This document shows, one piece after another, positions 14,401 through 26,400 of a stretch of DNA of 64,000 nucleotides (the stretch's first letter is position 1; every line of letters starts with the position of its first letter). Below the pieces are notes generated by a model. That model did no database searches. It worked only from the letters and a program-made list of their open reading frames with translations, and was not told the DNA's origin. The translations under genes and the position numbers were made by a program. The DNA lies in contig NMRA01000688.1 of assembly GCA_002633005.1 (NCBI GenBank), positions 4,977 through 68,976 of the forward strand. Direction: 5' to 3'. The stretch comes from Phoronis australis. Its lineage: Eukaryota; Animalia; Phoronida.

Positions 14401-17400
14401 AAGAATGCTTGGTTTGTTGATAGGAAATGTACACCTTCAAATGATTCTCACTGAATACAAAATACATTGCGTTCTCACCAGGTTGACTTGTTGAGAGTAC
14501 GACTGTCACACAAGTTCCCGCAACTAGAGATCAAGTCTGTGGACGGGTTTCAAGGACGTGAAAAAGAGGCTGTAATAATCTCGCTTGTTCGGTCTAACGA
14601 CCGTGGTAAGTCTGCAAGTCTGTTGCTGCACTGAAACTTAATTTCTAAGTGTTGGTTTTTATGCACCCACATATTTATATGTGGACGCCTTATGCCGTCA
14701 TCTCAGTCCTTCTGGGCATCCATCGATCCTGCGTCCACTGTTCTATCTCCAAAACCCTTTTACGTATGTTCCTGAAATTTTGCGTAACTATTTGTTTATT
14801 TGATAGATGGGACGGCATGAGCGAACTTTCGGACGATCCGACTACCAGTGTGCCCCCTAGTGGCAATTTTAGTTTTTACGCTTACCTCTGTATCTTCAAA
14901 GGTCCTCAACATATTTTCATAATATTTGGCATATAGGCATCTATTAGTGAGATGATGCTATCATTCCGTTTTCGGATGGATTCAATATAGTTTGTGCCAC
15001 CTAGTGGCCACTTTTATTGTTTTCGAGCCTGTTTTTGGTGTCAACCCCTCTATCAATCAAACCGCTCTAAGGGTGATTGTGAAAATTGGCATGTATGTTT
15101 TATTCTGAAGAGGACGGCTCATGGTATTTTTTTAACTACTGTGGCGTCTCCTAGTGGCAGTTTTTTTTTGAGCCCATGGATGTATCTCCTATAAAACCGT
15201 TGATAGGGTCTTTTATTAAATTTAACAAGGGTATTTATATGTTGTTGACAATAGACGATCACGACTTTCAGACGGATCTGACTACCGGTGTGACCCCTTG
15301 TGGCAATTTTAGTTTTTATGCGCCCACATATTTATATGTGGTTGCATATTGCCGTCATCTCTGTCTGGACATCCGGCGTCCACAGCTGTATCTCCTAAAC
15401 CCCTAGTAGGATCTTGATGAGATTTGGCAGATGTGTTCCCATGAAGCTGACGACGGAAAAAGACGAATTTCAGACCTCTCCGACTACTTGTGTGCCCCCT
15501 ACTGGCAATTTTATTTTTTTACGCTTACCTCTGTATCTTCGGATGTCCTCAACACATTTTCATAAAATTCAGGATTTAGGCATCTATTAGTTAGATGATG
15601 CCATCCTCCCGTTTTTGCATGGATTCGAGGTACTTTGCGCCACCTAGTGGCCACTTTTACTGTTTTCGAGTCTGTTTTTTGGCGTCCGCCGTTCTATCAA
15701 CCAAACCACTCGAGGGATGATTTCGAAAATTGGCATATATGTTCTTACTGTGAAGAGGGCGACTGATGATGATTTTCCGACGACTTCTGACATTTGTGGC
15801 GCCTCCTAGTGGCAGTTTTATTTGTTTTGCGCCCATGGCTGTATCTCCTAAATCTCTCACAGGATCTTTGTCAGATGTGTTCCCATGAAGGTGACGACTG
15901 ATGATAACGAATTCCGGACCTCTCAGACTACTGGTAAGCCCCCTTCTGGCAATTTTTATTTTTTTTTACGGTTACCTCTCTAGATTTGAAAGTCCTCAAC
16001 GGATTTTCATAAACTTTGGTAGTTAGACATCTATTAGTGAGATGATGCCATCCTCCCGTTTTTGGACGGATTCAGGGGTACTTTGCGCCACCTAGTGGCC
16101 ATTTTTAATGTTTTCGAGTCTGTTTTCTGGCGTCCACCGTTCTCTCAACCAAACCGCTCTAGGGATGATTTTGAAAATTGGCATATAATTATGTTCTTAC
16201 TGTGAAGAGGGCGGCTGACGATGATTTTCCGATGACTTGGAATACTATGGCGTCTCCTAGTGGCAGTTTTGTTTTGTTTTTGCACCCATGGCTGTATCTT
16301 CTAAATGTTCTACAGGATCTTTATTGAATTTGCTGGTGTATTTATATGAAGTTGACTACAGAGGATGATGACTTTCGGGCTGATCAGGCTTCTGGTGTGC
16401 CCCCTAGTGGCAATTTTAGTATTTTACGTTTACCTCTGAATCTTAAAGGGTCATCAATGGATTTTCCTAAAATTTGGCATTTAGGCATCTATTAGTGAGG
16501 TGACGCTATCATCCATTTTTTGGTAAAATTCGAGGCATTTTGCGCCACATTATGGCCATTTTTACTGTTTTCGAGTCTTGTTATTTGGGGTCTGCCCCTC
16601 TGTCAACCAGAGCAATCTAAGGTTGGATGTGGAAATTGGCATTTATATTCCTGATGGGAAGAGGAAGTCTGACGATAATTTTCCGCCAACCTTATATGCT
16701 TTGGCACCTCTTAGTGGCAGTTATGTTTTTTGCGCTTATTAAGGCTTGGAATTTTCCGCGGAAACGCGGATTTCCGCTTTTTATGCGCCCACATATTTAT
16801 ATGTGGACGCATTATGCCGTCATCTCCGTACGGGCGGCGTCCGTCCGGCGTCTGGCGTCCGGCGTCCGCTGCTCTATCTCCAAATCCCTTCGACATATGT
16901 TCATGAAATTTGGCACATATATTCCATTCATGAATGGGACGGCATGTGCGAACTTTCGGACGGATCCGACTACCGGTGTGCCCCCTAGTGGCAATTTTAG
17001 TTTTTTACGCTTACCTTTGTATCTTCAAAAGTCCTGAACGGATTTTCATGAAATTTGGTATGTAGGCACCTATTAGTGAGATGACGCTATCCTACTGTTT
17101 TCAGATGGATTCGACGTAGTTTGCGCCACCTAGTGGCCATTTTTACTGTTTTCGAGTCTGTATTTTTGCGTCCACCCCTCTATCAACCAAACCGCTCAAA
17201 GGATGATTGTGAAAATTGGCGTGTATGTGCTTACTATAAGGAAGACAGCTGACAATGATTTTCAGACGATTTGGACTACTGTGGCGCCTCCTAGTGGCAG
17301 TTTTGTTTTTTTGCGCCCATGGCTGTATCTCCCAAACCGTTCGCAGGATCTTTACTAAATTTAGCAAGTGTATTTATGTGATGTTGACAACGGACGATGA

Positions 17401-20400
17401 CGACTTTAGGATGATTCTGATTACCGGTATGCCTCTAGTGGCAATTTTAGTATTTGCCTCTAGTGGCAATTTTAGTATTTTACATTGACCTCTGTATTTT
17501 CATAGGTCTTCAGGTGTATACTTTGTGTTACTTCGTGACTATGAAGGAAAAGTTCCCAGTAGAAATTTGTTTCTGGCATTCTAATGCTGTGCTAATCTCG
17601 TATGTTGGTAAATTTGTTTTTAATTCTATGTTTCTGTGGTGCTTATTGAGGAGACAATGACCATGCCTTTCCATTTTGCAAAGTATAACATACTACATAT
17701 ATGCCCTCTACTGGCCACTTTATGGTACCAATAAACAACCCTAGAAGGATACCGTATACGGTGCAATTGTGGGCGCATTTCAACGCTCTGCGTTGCTCTT
17801 GTTTCAAATGTTTTGTCCGTGCATTTTATTATATTTCCGCATAAAAAAAATCGGATTTGATATAAAATTTCCGCGGCAAATTCCTTTCTTACCGCGGCGT
17901 TGCAGACGACGTTGACCTCGAAAAGCGGAAGTTGCTCTTTATGTTTCGGAGGAACGTAAATTGTCAACATTGCCGTTGCATCTGGGATAGCGTGGTGGGA
18001 TTTTCAATGGTGTCTCGTGTGATTGTAAACTGCGGTGACAAATACTACGGCTCTGCAGCCAAAAATGTGTGGGTCGGGAGTGGACGGACGAGCTAAAAGG
18101 ACACAGACGCATGCTACTGATGGGGGTAACGTTTTTTTTTAGTCCTCCCGATTTTTGTCGGCGTAAGGTTCACATTGACCATTTCAAGGCTGGGTAGCGC
18201 GCATGTTTTGGGCCATAAAAGTTTCCGCGTTATTTGTCATTGGTCATTCCAAGCCCTGGCCTCTTAGTGGCAATTTCATTTTTTCATTTTTGTCTTTTTT
18301 CTCAGAAGTTCTTTTATGGATTTTTATGAAATTTTGTAAATAGGTTTGGTGACACATACAATTTCTCGGATGGATTCGACATATTTTGCGCCATCTAGTT
18401 GCCATTTTTATGTTCCAAATAAACATCCCTAGAAGCACACCATTAGCGGTGCATTCGTGGGCGCATTTCAACGCTCTGCGTTGCTCTTGTTTACGTTTAC
18501 CTTTGTGTCTTCAAAGGTTCTTGACAGATTTTAGTGAGATGACACTATCATCCCATTTTCGAATGGAATCGAGGTATTTTGTGCCACCTGGTGGCCAGTT
18601 TTGCTGTTTTTGAGTCCACCCTCTATAAACCAAACCATTCTAAGGAATTTGAAAACTGGCGTATATGTTCTCAGTGTGAAAAGGACGGTTAACGAGGATG
18701 ACTTTGACTAGTAGTGGTAGTTTTGTTTTGCGCTCATAGCTGGATCTCCTAAACCCATTGCAGGATCTTTATTAAATTGAGTAAGTGTATTTTTATGAAG
18801 CTAACAACAGACAACGCCTTTAGGCGGATCCAATGAATGCAGTGTCCCCTAGTGGCAATTCATTTCTTTCGCTTTTTTGTTTCTCTGAAGTTCCTCGACA
18901 GATTTTTTATGAAATTTGGTAAATACCTTTCTATTACGGAAGCGATGGTATGTTCCCGTTTTTGGATGAGGTGGGCATTTTTGCGCCAACTAGTGGCCAT
19001 TTTTATGATATAGATAAACAACCCTAGAAGCACCCCGTTTGCAGTGCATTCGTGGGCGCATTTCAATGCTCCGCATTTCTCTTGTTAGTATGTTACAGCT
19101 TACCGAAAAACTGCAGTCATTTATATGAATAAAATATTTCATTTAAAAATAAACTAACTTTGTCTGTGAAGTTGCTACGAATCTCTGCCTTTGGTCAAAG
19201 AAAATGAACTTTTGATTATGGCCATTTACTCCTTATAAAATTGATTTCAACTTGTTCCTTATTGTATGAGTGATTACTGTTGGTGTTTGTTTGTGGGATC
19301 ATGCCCAGCTCATAATTTGTGGAGTCTGGTCTCTAGCAATAATGAACTGTCAGTCCTTCCCACATATAGTTTCACAATGACAAGTGTTCTTAATCTCAAG
19401 TTATTTTTGAAGGAAGGCTGTTTTATAGCTACTGCTGCATTACTTGAAAATGGAACTTGTGTCGTTAACAAGTGTTGTGATTTGACTAATTGGTGTTTAA
19501 GAGATGCATGCCACAGTTTCTGTTCTATATTAAGTATGCATTGGAGTAAACTGTATCCATATTCTCATAAATTTTTATGCCCATGTACACGTGCTAGTGC
19601 GCATCATCGTCATCTCTGTGTGGGCATCTTGCGTACAACGTCCCCCTCTATCTCCCAAATCCCTCGGTGAGTTTCTATGAAATTTGAAGACAATAGCATA
19701 CGCCAGCTTTTGGACTGTTCCGTCAACTTCTGTGCCCCCTAGTGACAATTTGCTTAGTCTTCTATATCTTTTAAACCCTTGCAAACTTGGCCGATGTGTT
19801 CATGTCAGAGACTCATCTAGCGGCCGTTGTTTGGACGGCCATTTTAAAAAAATAATGGCTTTGGACGGCACAGAAAAAAGATGGCTTGTTTTCAAGACAA
19901 TCTCGGCGAAATCGATAGCTAAAAGAAGAATTTTACATTTATGATTAAAAAATTTTATTGAAACCATTGGTTTAGTTTGATGAATATTCAGAAATAACTC
20001 GACATTAGAGACTATTCATGTCTATTTTTACTATAAATATAAAAATGATGATAGGCAAATATTGGCATCCATGTTTTTGGGCGAATACCTTCCTGTTCTG
20101 TGACGTCAGGATGACCTCATACGGAATCCCCTGCATGGCGAATGTCGAGAAATTTTGCATCCAGCGCTAACTACCCATACATAGAAATTAATCTTTGAAA
20201 TTAAAGTATACATACCCGAAGTTCAAATGATTTGCTGTACCCCTAATGACAAATGCTGACGTGGAAGTTGAAGCGGCACTCTCAAAATGAAATCGACGGA
20301 GCAGCCAATTTGAGATAGAACATACAAGTTGAAAAAAATACCCGCTAAAATTCTAGGATTGACCTTCCATACAAATGCTATCAATGTCGTTGAACATGCA

Positions 20401-23400
20401 AACCTAATTAAAGTTAGCGTAAACTTCCTTAATTTGTTCACACTGTTCCATTGCGACTCAAACCTGTTCTAACCTGTTCTAAAAATTATGAAAAATCCGC
20501 CCAGGCCAAACGACGTAGTTGATGCACGAGAATGCATGCAAACTTCACGCGACTTCAGATTTGCTAGTAAAAATACAAGCGTCAAATTCAAACACTGAGT
20601 TCCGACTTTTTTGGCCGTCATCTTATACGATGCCAAGTCCAGGTACACAAGCGTGAGTGCAAATATGCCGTCACTCCTGTTTTCGAGCAGAGATTTTCGC
20701 CTGTGTCGAGCACTGGTGGGGCTGAGTTGAATTTGTTGAGGATAACTGTTTAGTTTTCACTGTAGACTTAATGAATTGCAGTTCTGTGTGATGTAATGAA
20801 ACGTAGACACGTACTCAAGGACATACTTCTTCATGTCCTTTCAAATGCATCTCCATTGTTTTCTCATAAATTTAAATTATCTTCCTCAACTGCATTAAAA
20901 TAATAGACTTCTCATTTGAGACCTTCAAGATACACTAAGTTCTGAAGTCATGCTGTGAATTATCTGTCTAACATGCAACTCTATTAAGATTATCTTAATA
21001 CAAAAAAGATTTGCAGATCTTGATTTTTGCAGTCTTAATACACACATCCTGAATGGAACAAACCTTTTAATCTTTTTTAGTTTCCTTCTTTGCCGTTCTT
21101 TGAACAACTAAAAAATTCCACACAGTGTGCTAAAATGGAAGGAAATTGACCTTTTTTTATATAGATTACAATTTTTTCCCTCAGCGGGAGGGGGGGAATC
21201 CCCCCTTCGGTGCTGCTGACCTCAGAATAGCACTAAGTGTGACTCGTCAGTCTCACGGATTTGGACCTCCACTTTTCAAATCCTAGATGAGTCCCTGTTT
21301 CATGTCAAGGCAGGCACGTTGCCGTCCAATGTTAACATGGTTGCGACTTTTTTTTGCTCCCAAATGACAATTTCAATATTTTGAAGTTCCTTTTTTGTGA
21401 CCTCTCTATCTGTTCAACTGTTTATCAAGACTAGTTTCACAATGGTAAACAATACAAATCAAAAGTTGGTCTTTGTGATGGAAGGCAGATTTGTTGAGGC
21501 TTTTAGAACACAAATAATTAAAGTGTTTGCAAGGTATAATTTTTTGCAATTTGTGTCTTTTTTCTCCTTCACGTTATTCTTCTTCGATTGTAGGTGAAAT
21601 TGGCTTTCTTGCTGAGGACCGGCGCATGAATGTTGCTATCACCCGAGCCCGGCGGCACCTGGCTGTCATTGGGGACACCATCACTGTCAGTCATCACCAG
21701 TTCCTCAAATCATTGGTTGAGTACATGATGCAACATGGCGATGTCCGGTCAGCACATGAATACACTGAGGGTAAGTAAAGTGTGAACCAAGTTAAGTTTG
21801 TTACTTGTAGTTAATAGTGGGTGCTTGAACATACAACTAGGAACTTGGCAGTCTCTAGGGGGTTAGAAGTGCTCGACATCCCAGAGGTGATTCAAATCAT
21901 GTGTGTTTCATGTCACCTTTAGTAATTAAGCTCCTGGTACACAAACATTAGTTGTTATGACTCATTTCCAAACACAACAGGAAGTGTTTGATAATGTTTA
22001 CTAGCTTTGCTTGTTGGATGGGCCTGTTTACTCTGTGGAGTTGGCATGAGTGTGGTCACAAAGAATGTATTATCTCGATTTGCACATTTTGTTAACAAAA
22101 GTTTAAATTACTGTGATGCATCTACGTCTCTGCTCTGTAATATCAGATCTGATTTTTAAACACCTCCTGTTCTATTAGTAGTTTATAATTATATGTTAAA
22201 TGGGCCTCTAGCCCACGTTACAGACAACTTGTTAATTTGGATCAATCATGTCGTTCAGAGGCATTTTTCTCAGTTCGGTAAATTTGTCAACACGTCTTAA
22301 TATTGTCTTGTTTTGTGACTACAAGTCTCTTAAACATAACATTATTTGTGGATACATTACCCAGGTGTCTGTCTCTCGATTCTGATTTTATTTTACCCAC
22401 AATGCAACATATTCTCTTATTTACGGCTCGTCCCATGTGTCCCTTTAACATTTATCAATGAATGACACGCACATCTAACTTGTCAAAGCAGACTAAAGGG
22501 CTATTGAAATGCATCACATAGACTTTGACAATAAATCGATTAGTTTATACACATCTAAGGAGGAAATTAATATATATTCCCCATGCTGCAGGTCTATTTC
22601 AGTATGTTTGCTTCAATTCTTTAATAACATTATATACATCTTCTCCGCCTCGAGTCCTCCACACCACTACAAAGCCATATTCAAACACATCTCATCAAAT
22701 TTCTAGCAATGTATACTGAATTGTACCATCTCATACCATGCATTATAGTGTATTATGATATATTGATAACATGGTGCCACTTCATAATACTTCTGAGCAA
22801 AACAAACACGTTTATTGTACTGTACTGTTGTTCTTCCATTCCCATGTCTAGCAACATTTGAGATAATTATGTTGCAGAACTAGTTATGAACTCTTTTGAT
22901 ACTTTGGCTTCATGAAAGCCCCATATTTCTGTGCCATGCAATAAGATTGGCAAATTTTATCAAAAATTGCAAAGTGACACTGGAACATTGACGCTACTTT
23001 TCATAAAAATGGTACTTTTGACTTATTTGTCTACAGTGTTAGGCCTGAATAGTTGTATTCACCTGAATAGTTCTACTCACCTGAATAGTTGTATTCACTT
23101 GAATAGTTGTATTCACCTCAATAGTTGTATTCACCTCAATAGTTGTATTCACCTCAATAGTTGTATTCACCTCAATAGTTGTACTCACCTCAATAGTTGT
23201 ATTCACCTCAATAGTAACTGTGTGCATTCACCTGAATAGTTTTATTCACCTGAATAGTTGTATTCACCTGAATAGTTGTATTCACGGCAATAGTTGTATT
23301 CACCGCAGTAGTTGTATTCACCGCAATAGTTGTATTCACCTGAATAGTTGTATTCACCTGAATAGTTAGTATTCAGATGCTACATTAATTTCTTTTCCAA

Positions 23401-26400
23401 CTTTTTATAATATTCTGTATTTCAAGACATGTTAAATAACCATGATAATTTCCTTGGTCATGTTTACTTCCTGATTTGAAAATTGGCAATATTATGCATC
23501 CATTCCACTGAGATGAATACATCAGTGTCAAAAATCCTTTTGTACAAAGTGTCTGATTAAAAGTGAACTAATCGCAGGTATTGCACATCTCAAAAATTCT
23601 ACGGACATTATTTCACTTCTGGATTCCTGCAGTTTAGCAAACTTCATCCAACCAAGGCTCATAATGACTTCCTTGTCATGTTTTGAATGGCAACTTTGTA
23701 CTTGTAATTTGTGGCAAGGTTTGGATCCATTACTGTCCTTTGATATTTGTTACAAACTATACACATCTTTAATCTCGACTTATTTGGGGAAATATGTGCT
23801 CCTGATCTTGACTTACTGGTATGCATAAAGTACATGTCAGAGCTTATGATGTTGGCGTGAGTATTTCTTAAAGGTATCTCGAACCTTATTTAGTGACCTC
23901 TACTCTGACTCCTATATCAAAAAAACATTTTTTTTTCAGCTCGTANGCTGTGCTAATCTCGTATGTTGGTAAATTTGTTTTTAATTCTATGTTTCTGTGG
24001 TGCTTTAAGCAACTGGTGTATAGGATGTGCTTGTATTATGAAGATTACTCACATTTTGCCCCTAGCCTATTGAGGAGACAATGACCATGCCTTTCCTTTT
24101 GCTAAGTACAACATACCGTACTACATATATGCCCTCTACTGGCCACTTTATGGTACCAATAAACAACCCTAGAAGGATACCGTATGCGGTGCAATTGTGG
24201 GCGCATTTCAACGCTCTGCGTTGCTCTTGTTTATATCTTGATTGTGGAAATTTCTTCAGGTACAGGCTTAATGTTTTTTATTTGTTGCACAGAGTTTTCC
24301 ATCGGACAAGAACGGACTATACCTGTGCATATCCAAGAAAAACAAAAACGTATGCAAGATGGAAGTTCAAAGAAGAAGCCTGCCAAGCTGAACAAAAAGT
24401 CGCGAAAAATTAACATTTCCAAAACTTGTGAAAATAGTGCATGTGCTGTAGCTGATAAAGAAAGGTGAGAAAATCTGAATTTGGATTTTGTGTTGTGCTT
24501 AAGGCAGGATCCTACAAAATGTGTAAATTTGGCAAATTTTGAAACATGATAGAAACTATTTGTAGAAAATTACACTTTATTATATTATTTGTGGCTAGAT
24601 TTGATAGAGATACCGCTCTTAGTAGTTTTTGGAAATTTCCTGATAGGCTTCGATTCATTATTTTTTGTAATAAAGTGTACCAGAGAACAGATGCTGAGTA
24701 GTTTTATGTGTTTATAGTCTTAACACGCCGACAGGAGGCACGTTCTAAGACGAGGCTCGCTACGATAGTTCTGTTGGCTTATTGGCATAGTTGTATTCGG
24801 CGTTGCTCGAACAACTCAAAAAAATACGGACATTCAACTGTCCATTTTACAATCCCTAAGGACGTTGAGATTTATAAGCGTTGGCTCGTTGCCATACGCC
24901 GCGATTAAGGAAAATATGTCCGTGTAAAATTTACTAATGTTTTTGAAAAGTTAGATCATGTTTTGTCGCATCTCGGTTGCCGAGCATCATAGCAACAACC
25001 GGAGAATCTTTGGCCAGCCAGGCTGTCTTTTCATGACTAGGGGTTTAAACATAATGCATTTTTCTTTCCAAAAAGGACAGGGCCCTCAATACCTCGATTT
25101 TGGGGCCGAATATCGGCCCTATTCCTCTCTCAAAAATATTGAAAAATCACACGAAATTCCACCCACGAGGCCTAATAATTCTCCTAGTGATTGAAAATTT
25201 CTCTTCGAAGTTCAAATCACCTAACCACTCAGGTGACAATTTGAAAGAGCACAAAATGCCACTTGAGACAGAGCCTATGAGAACTTGCAACAGGGCAGGG
25301 TGCTATTGATGGTGATAAGGATGTTGATTTTCCCCCTCACTCAGCGACAAAATTCCCCTTTCAGAAGGCACAGGCACCTTTCCTCTCGGATGAACATAGT
25401 TAACTGATATTAATTAACACATTTGTTCATAAATTTAATTATCGATTTATAATAAATCGTTACATAATTCTAACATTTTTCATCAAAAGTGTTACAGATA
25501 CGATGTCGTTTGCGCCACCTACTAGTGGCCATTTTTACTGTTTTCGAGTCTGTTTTTTGACGTCCAACCCTCTGTCAACCAAACCGCACTAAGCATGATT
25601 GTGAAAATTGGCATGTGTGTTCTTACTATGAAGAGGACAGATGACGATTTTCCGACGACTTCAACAACTGTGGCGCTTCCTAGTGGCAGTTTTGTTTTTT
25701 TTTGCGCCTATGGCTGTTTCTCCTAAACTGTTTGCAGCATCCTTTCTAAATTTGATAAGTGCATTTATATGATATTGACAATGGACAGATCTTAAAACTG
25801 GTGTGCCACCTAGTGGCAATTTTATTTTTTTACGTTTACCTCTGTATCTTCAAAGGTCCTCAGTGTAATTTCATAAAATTTGGCGTATTGGCTTCTGGTA
25901 GTGAGGTGACGCTATCTTTCCATTTTCAGATGGATTCGAAATTGTTTAGGCCATCTAGTGGCCATTTTTACTGTTTTCGAGTCTGTTTTTTGGCGTCCAC
26001 CCTTCTATCAACCAAACCGCTTTCAGGATAATTATGAAAATTAGCATATATGTTTTTACTATGAAGTGGACGGCTGACGATGATTTTCTGATGACTTCGA
26101 CTATTGTGGCGCCTCCTTGTTGTAGTTTCTTTTTTGGGCCCATAGCTAACCGTTTGCAGGATCTTCACTAAATTTATGAAGTGTATTTATATGATGTTGA
26201 CAACAGAGGACGATGATTTTGGGATGGATCTGACTACTGGTATGCCCCCTGGTGGCAATTTTAGTTTTACGTTTATCTCTATAGCTTCAGAGGTCCTCAA
26301 CAAATTTTCATAAAATTTTGAATTCGGGCATCTATTGGTGAGATGACAATATCCTCCTGTTTTCGGATGGAATCAAGATACTTGGCACCACCTAGTGGCC

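Larger units (their letters stand above)
15313..18491 (+). mobile_element. HINE-like element B nested in A
   Basis: Same 5' and 3' ends as A; its flanks rejoin to the repeat-unit sequence gtggcaattttag-t(n)-acgtttacct, i.e. insertion into a T-run. Confidence 0.75.
14656..19086 (+). mobile_element. Helentron-associated (HINE/DINE-like) element A, with nested insertions
   Basis: 5' TTTTTATGCACCCACATAT-TT-ATATGTGGACGC hairpin/subTIR; ~450-bp internal trimeric repeats; 3' GTGGGCGCAT subTIR, short hairpin and CTCTTGTT end. Confidence 0.75.

Noticed and set aside
14649-19944. Many 60-136 aa ORFs in intron 11
   Set aside because: They are translations of HINE repeat units with no protein motifs.
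23044-23375. Short-repeat array resembling a CRISPR array or a repetitive protein (HLNSCI)n / (IEVNTT)n
   Set aside because: Head-to-tail 18-bp units with no unique spacers, no cas genes, inside a eukaryotic intron; the ORFs arise because the period is a multiple of 3.
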